64,000 nt of DNA, from assembly GCA_965153285.1 (NCBI GenBank), contig OZ229115.1. One strand, written 5' to 3'. The stretch is from Podarcis tiliguerta (lineage: Eukaryota). The position numbers and the translations under genes are program-made. Of the stretch, positions 37,118 through 50,700 are shown one piece after another. Under the pieces are notes generated by a model, which was not told the origin of the DNA, did no database searches, and was given only the letters and a program-made list of their open reading frames with translations. How positions within the stretch are numbered: the stretch's first letter is position 1; each line of letters begins with the position of its first letter.

Positions 37118-39671
37118 TACATGGTTTTAATGATGTGGATTCCTGTTGCTTTTTAATTCTGATGTTGATTCCAGGGTTTTGTGCCTCTGACAGGCAGAAA
37201 AAGTAAAAAATTCAGTTTTAAATAAGACATTATAAACACCTCATGGTGCCTTCCAAATCTATGATTCTACCTCTTTGGGGCTTCAGTGAAGTTGTGGATC
37301 TGATATGTGATACCATTTTTTTATCTTGGATGTGGTGAAGGCCACACACTCTCATGGGGAAACTTGGGGGGGGGGGACATGTTAGTGGTGCACCAAAGTG
37401 GGTAGGGTGACTCTTACTTTTGATACATGATACTCCATTGAAGCCCCACACAAATCAGAGGCTTACTCACATACACAACACCTTCCATCCAGTTCAAGGA
37501 CCAATTTCAGCCAGGCAAAAGCACTTGAGGGTGAGGGGTGTGGCTTGTAGTGAGCATGGGGAGGTCTATGCAGCGGGGCTAGGCATTAAGCCTCCAGGCT
37601 GAGGTCCACCCATCCACCCCCAATTTATCTAGCTCTGCACTGATAGTGAGACTTTGGAGAGTTACTTCCAGGCAGATGTCTTTTATGGCTCTGAGTTCCG
37701 AAACCTGGAGGCTGAACCTCAGCCCCTTCTTTGTTTGCAAAGCACATACTCTGCCACTGAGCTCTGAGTTATTTTAGATCTTAGAAATTGGGTGGCTCAG
37801 TTCAGTGTTAAGAGGATAGAAGTGCAGCTGTGCCAGTTCAGAATGTGGAGTTCCCTCTTTGTGTCACCAGATATTTTCAGAAGCTTACCGTCTGACTTGA
37901 GCCAGCCTGTCCTCTTTCTGAGCGGCATCCTGTCCACCCAGCCCCAATATCTAGTGTGCTTCCTCATATTCCTATATATGACTTCCCCAACCATCAGCAC
38001 CTTGCCCGTTAAATTAAAAAAGCATCTTACAGCCATGTATCACACACTTTCCACGGCAAGCTTTCTCTGTCACTGCTGCCGACCGAAGACTCTCTTTGAA
38101 GTGAGGGGGTTAAAGGCATGAGTGTAGCTTTATTATGATTTTAAATTATTAAGAGGTTTTGGTTTCTTCCCTTTGGGGAATAGCCCTTCAAGGGCTGTCT
38201 TTGCAATTACTCCTTTAGAGTTCAGTGCTTGGCAGATCTGTGAGAACCACAGGTTGAGACACAGACTATGCTCAAAGGGAGCAATCAGCTAAGAGGTTAA
38301 GGGTGCAAACTGGAGACCTGCCCAAGGCAGCAGATGCACAAACTCTTGGAGAACAGGGGCTAAATGGCATTGGTGACACATTTCTGATGGCTAGGTGACT
38401 GGGCAGTAGGATAGCAGATGTGTGTATTTAGAAGCACATTGTAAATGGCGGTGGGGTGGAGCTCTAATTCTTCACGTTGCAGTTGGGGCCTAAATCAGCT
38501 GAAAGCACTCAAGAAAGACTGCAACATCTCACTGGCGATTTCTGAGTTCCGGGGTGTCAGGGAGTCAACTGAGAGGGATGAGACTGGAGTACTACAATAT
38601 ATCCAAAACAATGGGAGAAATTGGAAGGATCTCAAAAGAGAAGGCAGACAGGGATTGGAAAGTGTTTAAAAGATACTTGCAAAACTATATCGAAAAATCA
38701 GAACTCCTATTAGAATAAACAAATTTCATTTCAAATATTGGAATACTAAATAAGATGGATAACAATGTGTAATAGAAAAAGAAGTATGAAATTAGGTTAA
38801 AGGTGTGTGAAAGAAAGTAATAGAAGTGGAAAGAAATTGCAATTGAATAGATTGGAAGTCTAACACAAAGGGTGAGGGGTGGTGGATGGTGATGGGAAAT
38901 ATCTGTGGGATTGAGTGTAGGTATGTTGTAGGTATGTTGTATGTATGTATGTATGTTGTATGAAATGTATGTTTGTATGCTTGTATGTGTATTAATGTTG
39001 AATTATTTTAACAATAAAAATTTATTTTAAAAAAAAAGTGACTGAGGAGGAATAGTCGAGACCGCCACCCCTCCTGACCTTCCCAGAGAAGAGGAAGGCA
39101 GTATTGACTTACAGCAGTGGTTTGAGGAAGGTCACAGCTCAGAGACAGGTGAACAGAGGCGCTGGGAGGTGTTGGGAGAAGAGAAGGGGGAGACAGAGAC
39201 CGAACAACCAGCTGACATTGGAGAGCATTCCTGACCCCACTTCTCCCAGAACCCGACGTGCATTGAAAGTGGAAGAGCAAAAGACTCAGAGACAACTAGC
39301 CCCTGGTGGCCACTGTAAGGGAAAGTGCTGTTGCTAGGAAGGGAGGCGGGAGGAGCTCAGTTGGAGCAACGCCATTTTTAGGAAGGCTGCATTCTTTTGT
39401 TGTTCTTTGTGAACAAATGACTTGGTAAGAACTCTTACCGTTTCTCTGATTCTGGGCTGCCCTGTGGGAGGGAGCTGTTTTCCCCAAAGCCTGACACGGG
39501 GCTATGGAGCGGGGGGGGGGGGGAGCAAATCCAGAGCTGGCAATAATTTAGTGATAGATGTCCATGCATCTTCAGCCCAACAACATTCAGGGTGCTCTGT
39601 GCAGTTCTCCATGTTCTACTTCACAATATATATATTGTAGAGACAAAACAGGGGCAGGAAAGAGTAGCCAT

Positions 39672-39919
39672 GGCTGCATGCATACTATGCATTTAAAGCA
39701 TGTGGCTCCCTTAATATTCGGTTGGATGCTGCTCAGAGTGGCTGGGGAAACCCAGCCAGATGGGTGGGGTGTAAATAATAAATTATTATTATTATTAAGA
39801 ATCCTGGGAACCAGTTTGTTAAGGTTGCTAGAAATTGTAGCTCTGCGAGAAGTCAACTATCATTCCCAGGATTCTTCAAGAGAAGTCATGTGCTTTAAGT
39901 GTGTGGCATTTGCATAGCC
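39672..39919. mobile_element. Foldback MITE (possibly PIF/Harbinger) with an ~85-bp L2 tail inserted at ~39711-39797
   Basis: GGC…GCC ends, inverted tttaaagcat / gtgctttaa, and an internal L2 3' UTR with (ATT)n. Confidence 0.6.
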
Positions 39920-40617
39920 TAAAGCTGGCTGGAGGCAGGGATGAGATGGAGGAAGAAAGGCATCAGCTGTTGGAGTTCTGAGAGAAGGCAAGGACAGAAG
40001 ATGTGTTTCCACTGTGTCCACCATGTGTTGTACTATGAGCTCCGCTTTGTTTGAAGGAGTCACACAGGAGACACAAAGCAGGGATGTATGATTTGATCCG
40101 GATCCCTGGCATGTGTTCATCACACACTTGATGACATTTCTCTCCCTTTCACTGTCACAGCACTCACCATTTACCACCATGTGGCTTACACAGTAGAAGC
40201 ATATCTACAGCCCAAAACTTGAAGCGCTCCTAAGAGGAACGATGCTAGAAGTTTATAAAGATCTGCACTCTTTGGGGAGAGAATAAACATAATAGAGAAA
40301 TTATTCGTTGCCTCTCAAAACACTAGAACCTGAGGTCATCCAGTTAAATTAATTGGCAGTAGGTTCAGGACAGACAAAGGGAAGTGCCATTTTAAGCAAT
40401 GCATAATTAACATGGAGATTGTCGTGGGATGTTGGGAGGCATGGACGTGAGCATAAATGGCTTTTAAAAGGGGTTAAAAATTCATGAAGGGATAGGCTTG
40501 TTAATGGCTATTAGGCATAATAGCTAATTGGCAGCTCCATGTTCAGAATATCAGATACTGGAAGCAAACAGCAGAGAATGACTCCTTGCTATCCAATTTT
40601 GTGACCTTCCCGGGAGC

Positions 40618-42410
40618 TAATAATAATAATAATAATAATAATAATATATTATTTATACTCCGCCCATCTGGCTGGGTTTCCCCAGCCACTCTGGGCGGCT
40701 TCCAAAAGAATATTAAAATACTGTGATACATCAAACATTAAAAGCTTCCCTCAACAGGGCTGCCTTCAGATGTCTTCTAAAAGTCTGGTAGTTGTTGTTC
40801 TCTTTGACATCTGGTGGGAGGGCATTCCACAGGGAGGGTGCCACTACCGAGAAGGCCCTCTGCCTGGTTCCCTGTAACTTGGCTTCTCGCAGTGAGGGAA
40901 CTGCCAGAAGGCCCTCGGTGCTGGACCTCAGTGTCCGGGTAGAACGATGGGGGTGGAGACGCTTCTTCAGGTAGACTGGACCGAGGCCGTTTAGGGCTTT
41001 AAAGGTCAGCACCAACACTTTGAATTGTGCTCGGAAACGTACTGGGAGCCAATGTAGGTCTTTCAAGACCGGTGTTATATGGTCTCAGCGGCCGCTCCCA
41101 GTCACCAGTCTGGCTGCTGCGTTCTGGATTAGTTGTAGTACCTTCAAAGGTAGCCCCACGTAGAGCGCATTGCAGTAGTCCAAGCGGGAGATAACCAGAG
41201 CATGCACCACTCTGGTGAGGCAGTCCGCAGGCAGATAGGGTCTCAGCCTGCGTACCAGATGGAGCTGGTACACAGCTGCCCTGGACATGGATTTAACCTG
41301 TGCCTCCATGGACAGCTGTGAGTCCAAAATGACTCCCAGGCTGCGCACCTGGTCCTTCAGGGGCACAGTTACCCCATTCAGGACCAGGGAATCCTCCACA
41401 CCTGCCCGCCTCCTGTCCCCCAGAAACAGTACTTCTGTCTTGTCAGGATTCAATCTCAATCTGTTAGCCACCATCCATCCTCCAACCGCCTGCAGACACT
41501 CACACAGGACCGTCACCGCCTTCACTGGTTCTGATTTGAAAGAGAGGTAGAGCTGGGTATCATCCGCATACTGATGAACACCCAGCCCAAACCCCCTGAT
41601 GATCTCTCCCAGTGGCTGCATGTAGATGTTGAAAAGCATGGGGGAGAGGACAGAACCTTGAGGCACCCCACAAGTTAGAGCCCAGGGGTCTGAACACTCA
41701 TCCCCCACCACCACTTTCTGAACACGGCCCAGGAGGAAGGAGCGGAACCACTGTATGACAGTGCCCCCAGCTCCCAGCCCCTCAAGACAGTCCAGAAGGA
41801 TGTTATGGTCGATGGCATCAAACACTGCTGAGAGATCCAGCAGAACTAGGAAACAGCTCTCACCTTTGTCCCTAGCCCGCCGGAGATCATCAACCAGTGC
41901 GACCAAGGCAGTTTCAGTCCCGTGATGGGGCCTGAATCCCGACTGGAAGGGATCCAAATGGTCCGCTTCTTCCAGGCGTGCCTGGAGTTGTTCAGCAACC
42001 ACTTGCTCAATCACCTTGCCCAAGAATGGAAGGTTTGAGACTGGGCGATAGTTGGCCATCGTGGCCGCATCTAAAGATGGTTTTTTAAGAAGCGGTTTAA
42101 TAACCGCCTCTTTCAACGGGTCTGGGAAGGCTCCCTCACGGAGGGAAGCATTCACCACCCCACGAAGCCCATCGCCCAGCCCTTCCCGGCTAGCTTTTAT
42201 AAGCCAGGATGGGCAAGGATCAAGGAGACAGGTGGTTGGTTTCACTCGTCCAAGCAGCCTGTCCACATCCTTGGAGGTAACAGATTGGAATTGATCCCAC
42301 GCAATTTGACTAGACAGAACTCTAGCACTCTCCCGCCCCGGCCCTGCTCCCACAGTGGCATCTACCTCTTCCCGAATCTGAGCGACTTTGCAAAATCATT
42401 GCAGGAGATC
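40618..42410 (-). mobile_element. 5'-truncated L2-clade LINE with a reverse transcriptase domain
   Basis: RT motifs NYRPVSNLPFLGK, QSGFRPHHGTETAL, LLDLSAVFDAIDH, GVPQGSVLSP, QYADDTQLY, SRLDYCNALY. ORFs 41085-42353 and 40731-41066 are one frame split by a single TGA. (ATT)n tail. Confidence 0.95.
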
Positions 42411-45400
42411 ATGTGGCCCAGTTGGCCACTGCTGCAAACAAGCCAGGCTACATGGACTTTTGTCCTGGTCTAGCAAGTCATTTCTTAAGTTACCAATTGA
42501 TTGAAGATGATCTCCTTAATTGGATATTAATTCTCAAGCTTCACGTTTTGCACATGTACCCTTAAATATGCACCAAACAACATATCTAGCTTTCCTGCAT
42601 TAAGGAAAGGGAAATCTCCCTTTAGCCAGTTCAGCTCTCGGAGAGAAAGGCTACTTAACTTTAAGCTGGTTAAGGATTCTAAGCTGGTAGCTGTGAGCCT
42701 TGACTATCTGTTGCAGTTGACCTCAAATAGCTAAAGTAGATTCTCAACCTCTCTCCCCATCAATGCAATAGGTTAAAGTGGCAGTCTTAGCCCCGGTTGT
42801 TAGAGAGTAAATCCCACTTTGCTCTCTGGGTCCCACTACTGAAATAAACATGAACGATGGAATATTTTCCTCTTAATTTAGAAAACTGTTTCGCAGTAAG
42901 AGAAGAGCTGTCCTTTCAAAAGCTGTAACTTTAGTTGCTTAATGTCCCATTTATGAGAAAAACCAGGAAGCTGCTGCTCCATATCCCTTTCTCCCTCTTC
43001 CTTATAACATCTAAGTAGGCACAATTTGTGACATGGTGCCATCATGCTGTGCATTGCTCCATTGGTTGGCAACTGGTTTTGCAGCATTGCACAGTCCATA
43101 TGACATCACAGCACACATTTTATTTACCTAGATCAGGGGTGGGGAAACCCTTTTCAGTCTGAGGGCTGCATTTCCTTCTGTGCAACCTCGTGGGGGCAGC
43201 ATATCAATAGGCAGAGCACATCATGCAAATTTTACCCTTTCTACAGTAGGCTAGTTCATCCACACAGTCATGCATCCCTCTATCCTTTATCTAGGCAAGT
43301 AAATGGCATCATCAGAATTCAAGAACACCAGGCAAAAGCACTCAAGGGGTGCATGAAATTGGGCTGGGAAGGGAATGTTGCCAGATAGAGAGACTTGGAG
43401 AGCTGCATTGCCCCCCCCCCCCCAGCAACCAGACCCAGATGTTGCAAGGAAGAAGGGGTAGGAGACACAGGGCAGCAGCAGCTCTGTGCTTCTCACAAGG
43501 ACTTTCAGCCTTTAATTCTTGCTCTCGAAGTTGGCTAGGGGACACTATACCTAGAAAGAAAAAGAAACACAATAATTATATAAACATAAAGTGGTACTCT
43601 GCTGTCACTTGCCTGATACTCAAGGAGCATGTATATTCTGGCTGGCAGATCAAAACCTGCCTATCTTGCTTCTAGATAAGGGATCATTGGGAGAGGGGTA
43701 TTACCCCCTTCACTTCCACACAACTACTAACAGTGCACTTCTGCATGTGACAGCTGCATTGAGTTCAATGTGACTTACTCCTGGTTGAGTGTGTATAGTC
43801 TTCCCCTTAGTAGACACCCTGCTATATTTTCTCCAGGCACTGATGGCATATATGTGGTAGGTGTCAGCTGCTCTCCTTCACGCGTGGCAGAAATGCAGTA
43901 TTCACTGGAGAAACTGCAGTTGTCTGTACATGATACGTTTATTAGAACTATGTTATTTTAGATGGGTGCATTTATCACAGCAGACAGGAAGACAATGAGT
44001 TATGAACAATGGTTCCCAATGCTGATCTGTTCCGTTGTTTGCCATTTTCTTTGACTGTATACACCCAAATGCTGCCTCCTTGGTTTGACACGAGCAGTGT
44101 GTTGGAACCTGCCAAATAAGATACAAAACGTTTTTTAAAAAAAGTGTTCCCTGTAAAAACATTGATTCTGTTGCAGTGGGTCAGATCTGCATGAACTGTA
44201 CAGAACTTAGAATTTTACCATGTAAGGCTATTTCTAGCCATGGGTGTTTCAATGTGGGCTTTCTGTGGGCATATGATGATACATGTTCCCAAACTACCAG
44301 AATAAATTGTGTAGATGTGTGTGCCAGTGAGAAGAATCTCTTCTATTAAAGGTATGTGCAGATCCAGCCTTACTGTGACAACAGGATGTTTTTGCATTTA
44401 GGGCACAACTGTACATGATTGCCCATCACTGCCCATCACTCCTAACGCAGGATGCTTGAAAAGACAAGGCAGAAGGCAAAATCAACCTCACTCCCTACTT
44501 TACAGGTTTGTGTCGGCAACCTGTGTTTCGAAGATGGCCTTCCGCTATCATGTGTAGTTCTGTCCTAAAATCTTCCACTTGTGCCTATAAAAGCCTGCTT
44601 TGCATGTTTTGATTGCTAGGAAAAGCAACTGTATTTTTTATTTTTATTTTTTTGCAGCCAACGGATAGGGTGATATCAAATACTTTTACCACTTAGAGTA
44701 GACCCACTGAAATTAATTGACATGATTAACAATTCCATCAATTTCAGTGGGCTTAAGTCTTGAGTAGGACTAGCACTGGGTATTACCTACTAAGTGTGGG
44801 TCTAATACACAGAAGTAACAGTTTATTCAGGTGCCCTGGTCAAATCAGGGTTTCCAGGCACATACTTTAGGACAAATATTACATATTCACTTTACATGCT
44901 TGCTGCAAAAAGAACTCCACCCCAAAACAAAACTCTGGTGTCTCACCTGAGGGTTTTTTTAACAGTAACTGTAATATGTACATCTGCCAGAAGCCTATAA
45001 TTTTCACTCCTTTGGGATGTTCATTCTTTGGCCCCTTAAACAACTCCTTCAAAATGAAGCAAGGCAGGTTTGTGTGCCTCTAATATGCGGAGGGAACCAC
45101 TCGAGGCCCACGCCAGGGACTTTTCAAAGCGATAGTTACAAAGACCTGAATGCAGGTGCTTTATCCTTCAACAGGCAGAAAGACTTTGCACAGGGTGTGA
45201 ACTCACAATGGAATTATGTGCTGCAGGAGCTTTTTGAGGAGAAAAGTGAACTCTCGATTTTAAAATGAGGAGAGGGAAGGGCTGGGTAATATGAGCCTGG
45301 CTGACATGTGTAGCCACACAAGTAAAGATAAGTATTTGCTTAATCAAATGCCATGCCCCAGGGCACAGGCTGATGGCGTGGGCAGGGTTTGTCAACACCA

Positions 45401-46204
45401 TGCATTGTGTTCAGTGCCCAACCAGGCGCATGCTCTGAGCAAAGGGAAGTTAGGTTGGAAGCACTGGGCAAAGGTGGGGAAAACACAGAACTCACACCCT
45501 GCTCTCTTGAGGTGAATTCTAGGTTATTGGTATGCTGCCCATCCTCATTAGGAAGCTCAGCATGATTTAGTAAAATGGCATGGGTGGATAGTAGCGAAGG
45601 CTGCTGTTCTGTGGCATGAACAGTTTCTGGTACTTCGGCAGTTTACTCCCACGATAAATCTGCATTGCTACAGCATCATTTTACACATGCAGAATAGATG
45701 AAGCTTTGGGGAAGGGCTGTTGCTCGGTAGTAGAGCGTGTGCTTTGTATGCAAAAGATCCCAAATTCAATCCCTGCCATCTCCGGGTTGGGGTGGGGAAA
45801 GGCTGTTTGAAACCCTGGAAAGCGACTGTCAGCCAATGTTGACGATACTTAGCTAGATGGGCTAATGGCCTGATGTGGTATAAAGCAGATTCCTATGCTG
45901 GCAGCTGATAGAGGAACCCCATAATTAGGACCCAGCATCTTTCCTTTGGGAATCTGAGTAGAAGACATTTTGTACTTCTTCACATGTTGGTAGTCTTTGG
46001 GGGAAGGTGGTGGTTGTTTTTGCTCCAGCACTTCAAATCAACTTTAAGTGTGCAAACTGCATTTCCCGGTATGTGGCTCAATCCTATCAGAAAAGAGCTG
46101 CAGTCTGGAAGTTCCAGAAGCCTTGCATGTTATACCTGGATGTTGCTGCTGCTCCATAAAATCTCTACTCCTAATCTACCTGCAGAAAAGTGGGCACAGA
46201 TTTA

Positions 46205-46373
46205 CCGTATTTTTCGCTCTATAACACGCACCCAACCATAACACGCACGTAGTTTTTAGGGGAGGAAAATCCATAGGCATGCCACCCGTAGGCATACCAC
46301 CCGTAACACGCACAGACATTTCCCCTTACTTTCTAGGAGGAAAAAAGTGAGTGTTATGGTGCAAAAAATACGG
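46205..46373. mobile_element. Tc1/mariner (Tc2/pogo-like) MITE, 169 bp
   Basis: TA|CCGTATTTTTCGC…GCAAAAAATACGG|TA. Confidence 0.88.
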
Positions 46374-47317
46374 TATTTATTTTTTTTTAAAAAAAGAGAA
46401 TCTGGGGCAAAGAGAAACAAGCAAGAAACTCCATAGTCTCCCAGTTCAGTAGCAGATAGAGAGTCTCCAGACCGCAGCCTCGCAAACCTAGAGGGTGGAC
46501 AGGCTTTTTTCTTCAGAGAGCAGAAATTTTCACAGTGCTGCTTTGAAGTGTGAAGGCAAAACCTTATGTGGGATCATCCAAAAGCTCATTTTAGGTGAGC
46601 GTAGCACATGCTGTGTGTGAACCCTGCTGTGGTAAGAGGACACAGCATGGCAGTTTTAGTGTGTGAAAATCTCACTGCAAAAAAAGGTATTTTGGGATAA
46701 GCAAGGGCACCTCCGTGTGGGTCACCAGCCCAAATAGGGAAAAAACAAAACAGAGTTCTCCTCCAGAAACTGACACTGTTGCTCTTCTTCTCCCTGTGTC
46801 TGTGATTTCCAGCCACTTGCTAATAGGCCACCTACCTCTTAGCCTTTCCAGCTGAACCAGGTGGCATGAAAGGGAACTCGCCTCACCATGGATTCCCTTC
46901 CTCCTTTTCTTCGTGTACCCTTTGCAGGACATATAAAGCAAGGCTGAGGTGTTTGGTGTGGTTTTTTTGGGGTAAATGGACAACTTTTGTCTTGGGCTTC
47001 ATCCCATGTCCTGTCCAAAATACTAAAGTCCATCCACAGGCTCAGTAAAACCATGTGAGCTCCACCTTTGGCTCCAATCCTTTGGCTCCAATCCTGGGTT
47101 CATTTCAAGAGTTAGTAACCAAACTACCTCTGCACCACAGATATCTGGATGGTTATCTCACATCCCATCCCAGTTGCAGAAGGTAAGAGTAGACAGCATC
47201 TCCTGTTCTTTCAGCTCAGTGGCCCTTGAGAGATGTTAATGAACTCCTATCAGTATTGACCATGCTGACTGAGGCTGGTGGGAGATGGGAGGCCGAGATG
47301 GGAGTCCAACAACATTG

Positions 47318-47724
47318 TTGTTGTTGTTGTTGTTTAGTCGTTCAGTCGTGTCCGACTCTTCGTGACCCCATGGACCAGAGCACGCCAGGCACTCCTGTCT
47401 TCCACTGCCTCCCGCAATTTGGTCAGACTCATGTTTGTAGCTTTGAGAACACTGTCTAACCATCTCGTCCTTTGTCGTCCCCTTCTCCTTGTGCCCTCCA
47501 TCTTTCCCAGCATCAGGGTCTTTTCCAGGGAGTCTTCTCTTCTCATGAGGTGGCCAAAGTATTGGAGCCTCAGCTTCAGGATCTGTCCTTCCAGTGAGCA
47601 CTCAGGGCTGATTTCCTTAAGAATGTATGCGTTTGATCTTCTTGCAGTCCATGGGACTCTCAAGAGTCTCCTCCAGCACCATAATTCAAAAGCGTCAATT
47701 CTTCGGCGATCAGCCTTCTTTATG
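47318..47724 (-). mobile_element. Bov-B (RTE) LINE 3' fragment
   Basis: RVPWTARRSN…ISPECSLEGQILKLRLQYFGHLMRREDSLEKTLMLGK…VHGVTKSRTRLND*, (CAA)n tail and 14-bp TSD GTCCAACAACATTG. Confidence 0.95.
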
Positions 47725-50700
47725 GTCCAACAACATTGGGAAGGCTAAAGGTTCTCCATCTTTGCTTTAACAGATGACTGCACCTTCTGGTTATATAGCA
47801 GTGGATTTGTTCAGCTTTTGCTTTCCTGCATTTTTAATAGGATGTGTGTATTCATTGGTGTGGGGGGTATATATGCATACAGTGTGAGTACACATACACA
47901 GGCACATATATTGAACAAGAGTAGAAATTCTGTGCAGAAACCCAGCTGGCATGATTGACAGCTCAGTTCTAACCATGTATACTCAAATGTTTTGTTGGAA
48001 TCAGTGGGGCTTCTGCCCAGGGATGTGGGACTAGGATTGCAGCCTTGTACAAAATCTTGGTAGCTTTGCAGCTAAAACATCATTAGCTTTTTACCTTGAA
48101 AATGGGATTCGTCAATGTCAAAGGTGCACTTAAGGAAATGTTGTCCTCTCTTTTTTATGGGTTGTCAGTAAGAGAAGTTAAAAGTATGTCGCTTCGAAGT
48201 GGCATTTTGAAATGGAAAAAAGTGTCATTTTGACATGTGCAAACATGCCATTCCCTCAATAATACCAACTTTATTCATATCAACATTTCAGGCTTGGAAA
48301 TGTATTGTTCCTTTTGACATCTCTCCCACCTCCCATGTAGTACTGAAACGAATTTGGAGGTGGCCAAGTTGCAGGGAGCTTGGATGCTTGTCTCCTGGTC
48401 ATCTCGAAATATATTTCTCTTCCTTTCAGCCTTGATAGTAACATAAGATCGTAAGTAATTACCCATAGATAAATTAGGATAGGAGGTGGTAACTCAACCA
48501 AGGCTTTCCAGTGAGCAACAGTGATTTGACATCTAAACCCAATGCTCTGCACAGCAAGCACTCATCCTGATGGGTCAATTAGATAAGGTGCTGCCTTATA
48601 TAGAGTCAGGTCTCTGATATGTTTAACATCATTCTTCTCAGAGAACCACTTCCACATTTGCCTTTCTAGAGATAGGGGAAATCTCTTAGCCCCTCCTCCC
48701 CCAAAAAGCCGATACACAGTTTGGCAAAGTAAGTTATTTTCCTAACAAATAGGGCAGGGCTTGCCAACGTTTGTGGTCTCATGGGTACATTTGTAAACTG
48801 GTAATTCTGTCATGAGCAACAAGCACACACACCACAACCTATTCTACTGGTTACAACAGAATGCTTCTTTCAAACCTAATTTTGGCAGGGGAGGAGATGG
48901 GCATCACATTGGTGACCTCTGCTATATTACATTACCCAAATGAACAGTAATCTAACAGTTTAGCAACAACCCTGACTTTAAGAGACTGGGGACTAGATCA
49001 ATATGGGAGTATTAATTATGGAATACCGAAATGTAGGTTTGAAGTGTTTAGCTATTGCTATTATTGTTATTGTTGTTAATGAAATGTCTATACTGCCCTT
49101 CATTTGACGATCACAGGGAAGTCTACAACATAAAAACACAAAAATACACACCATAACAACAAAAACAACAACACCCTGAAGATCACCTGTAGTTCTGAGA
49201 AACTATTTTTGGTTAGCACTCCATTGGTAGTGAAAGCAGAATTTGTTGTTCCAGCAAGAAAGACAACATGGCGCAGTGATGGATTTACCCTATTTATTTC
49301 AAGCCTAGTAAGGACAACAACTACTGCTGCTATTTTTGTTATTATCATTATTTCAAATTGTATGCTACTTTTCCACAAAAACGTGCCCCAGAGCACTACA
49401 GCAGAAATCCACATGAATGGGCACTGGGCACCAATAAGTTTGCAGAAGGGTCAGATCCTTCCTCCACTTTCTCATGAGCTGTAATCACCACCACTCTATC
49501 CTTCCCATCCACTTATCTGGAGTCTGCTATGGTGGCAGCTAGCAAGATGGAGATATTTGTCCTCTCCTCCTCCTTCTCGGGCTGTGTTAGGCCAACAGCT
49601 CTGGCAGTTGCAATTTTCTCCATCCCCTTCCAATATCAGCAGCCCTTGGAAAGCAGCATTTCACAGAGTGGCTGGCATATGGGTCACTGCTCTAGCTGCA
49701 CTCCAGGTGCGGGAAGAGGGAATGAAGGAAAGAGCTCCTTCCTGCCCACCAGAACAGCCAGTTAAAGAGATAAGGGGGTTTGGAGGCTGGGTGTTTAGGA
49801 GGGGCAGGAGGAAAGAGTTGAGTTGTTATTTGTCTTGGATTAAATTCAATACAGAGAAGAACTCGGGGAGTTGCAATGTAACACTCACCTTCATTAATGC
49901 TCACCTTCTGTTTAAGGTGAGCGTTTCAGATCACCAGGGTTCATATTCTGAGCCAAGGAAATGTAAACTTCAGCACGATCTGTGTGTTTGTCTTCCAAGG
50001 AATCTCTGCTTATAAAACCCTGTGTGGTTCCAAGGCATGTTTTAGAGGGCACAACCTCAATTTATGTGGGGGCTGAGCAGGCCTTTGCCCCTCATTCTCA
50101 CCTCATCTGGGCTGTCAGTGTGCTAAAAGGCATCCAACACTAGCTGCATGTTGGAGGGAAAGATCTGTGGCGGTGAACAAGTTGTCTTTCAGGGAAGTGT
50201 GTCTACTGTTGTTGTCCTTCAAGTTGAAGTTTATGGTTCTGTAAACCTCTTGCCCTCTCTCTGACCTCCAATACCGTTTAGCAGGAGATACATAGAGACA
50301 TAGAAGACTTCTTTATACTGACCATCGGTCTGTCTAGTTCTGTACTGTCTACACTGACTGGCAGTGGCTTTCCAGGGTTCCAGGCATGGAGTCTCACGCA
50401 GTCCTACCTGGAGATGCTGCGGTTTGAAATGGGGACCTTCTGCTTGGAAAGCAGATTCTCTGCCCCTGATCTGCAGCTCTTCCCTGAAAGGCAGAGATTA
50501 CAAAGTATATCTTACACAGTAAGATCTGTGCTGTGCTGTTGAATATCTGTTGCTGTCGCCTAGCTCTAGTCTGATGACCTCTAGCTTGCTACATCCTAGT
50601 TCACATCAGATATTCATGAAATCCCCCAAAGAGGCATGTTGGTACCTTGATGTATTTTTCTCCCTCTCTCTGAAAAGATCAAGCCTTGCTGTCCTGTACC

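Noticed and set aside
41085-42353. Reverse transcriptase as a retron, DGR or other novel RT system
   Set aside because: The motifs, 3' UTR, microsatellite tail and multiple truncated copies identify an ordinary L2 LINE.
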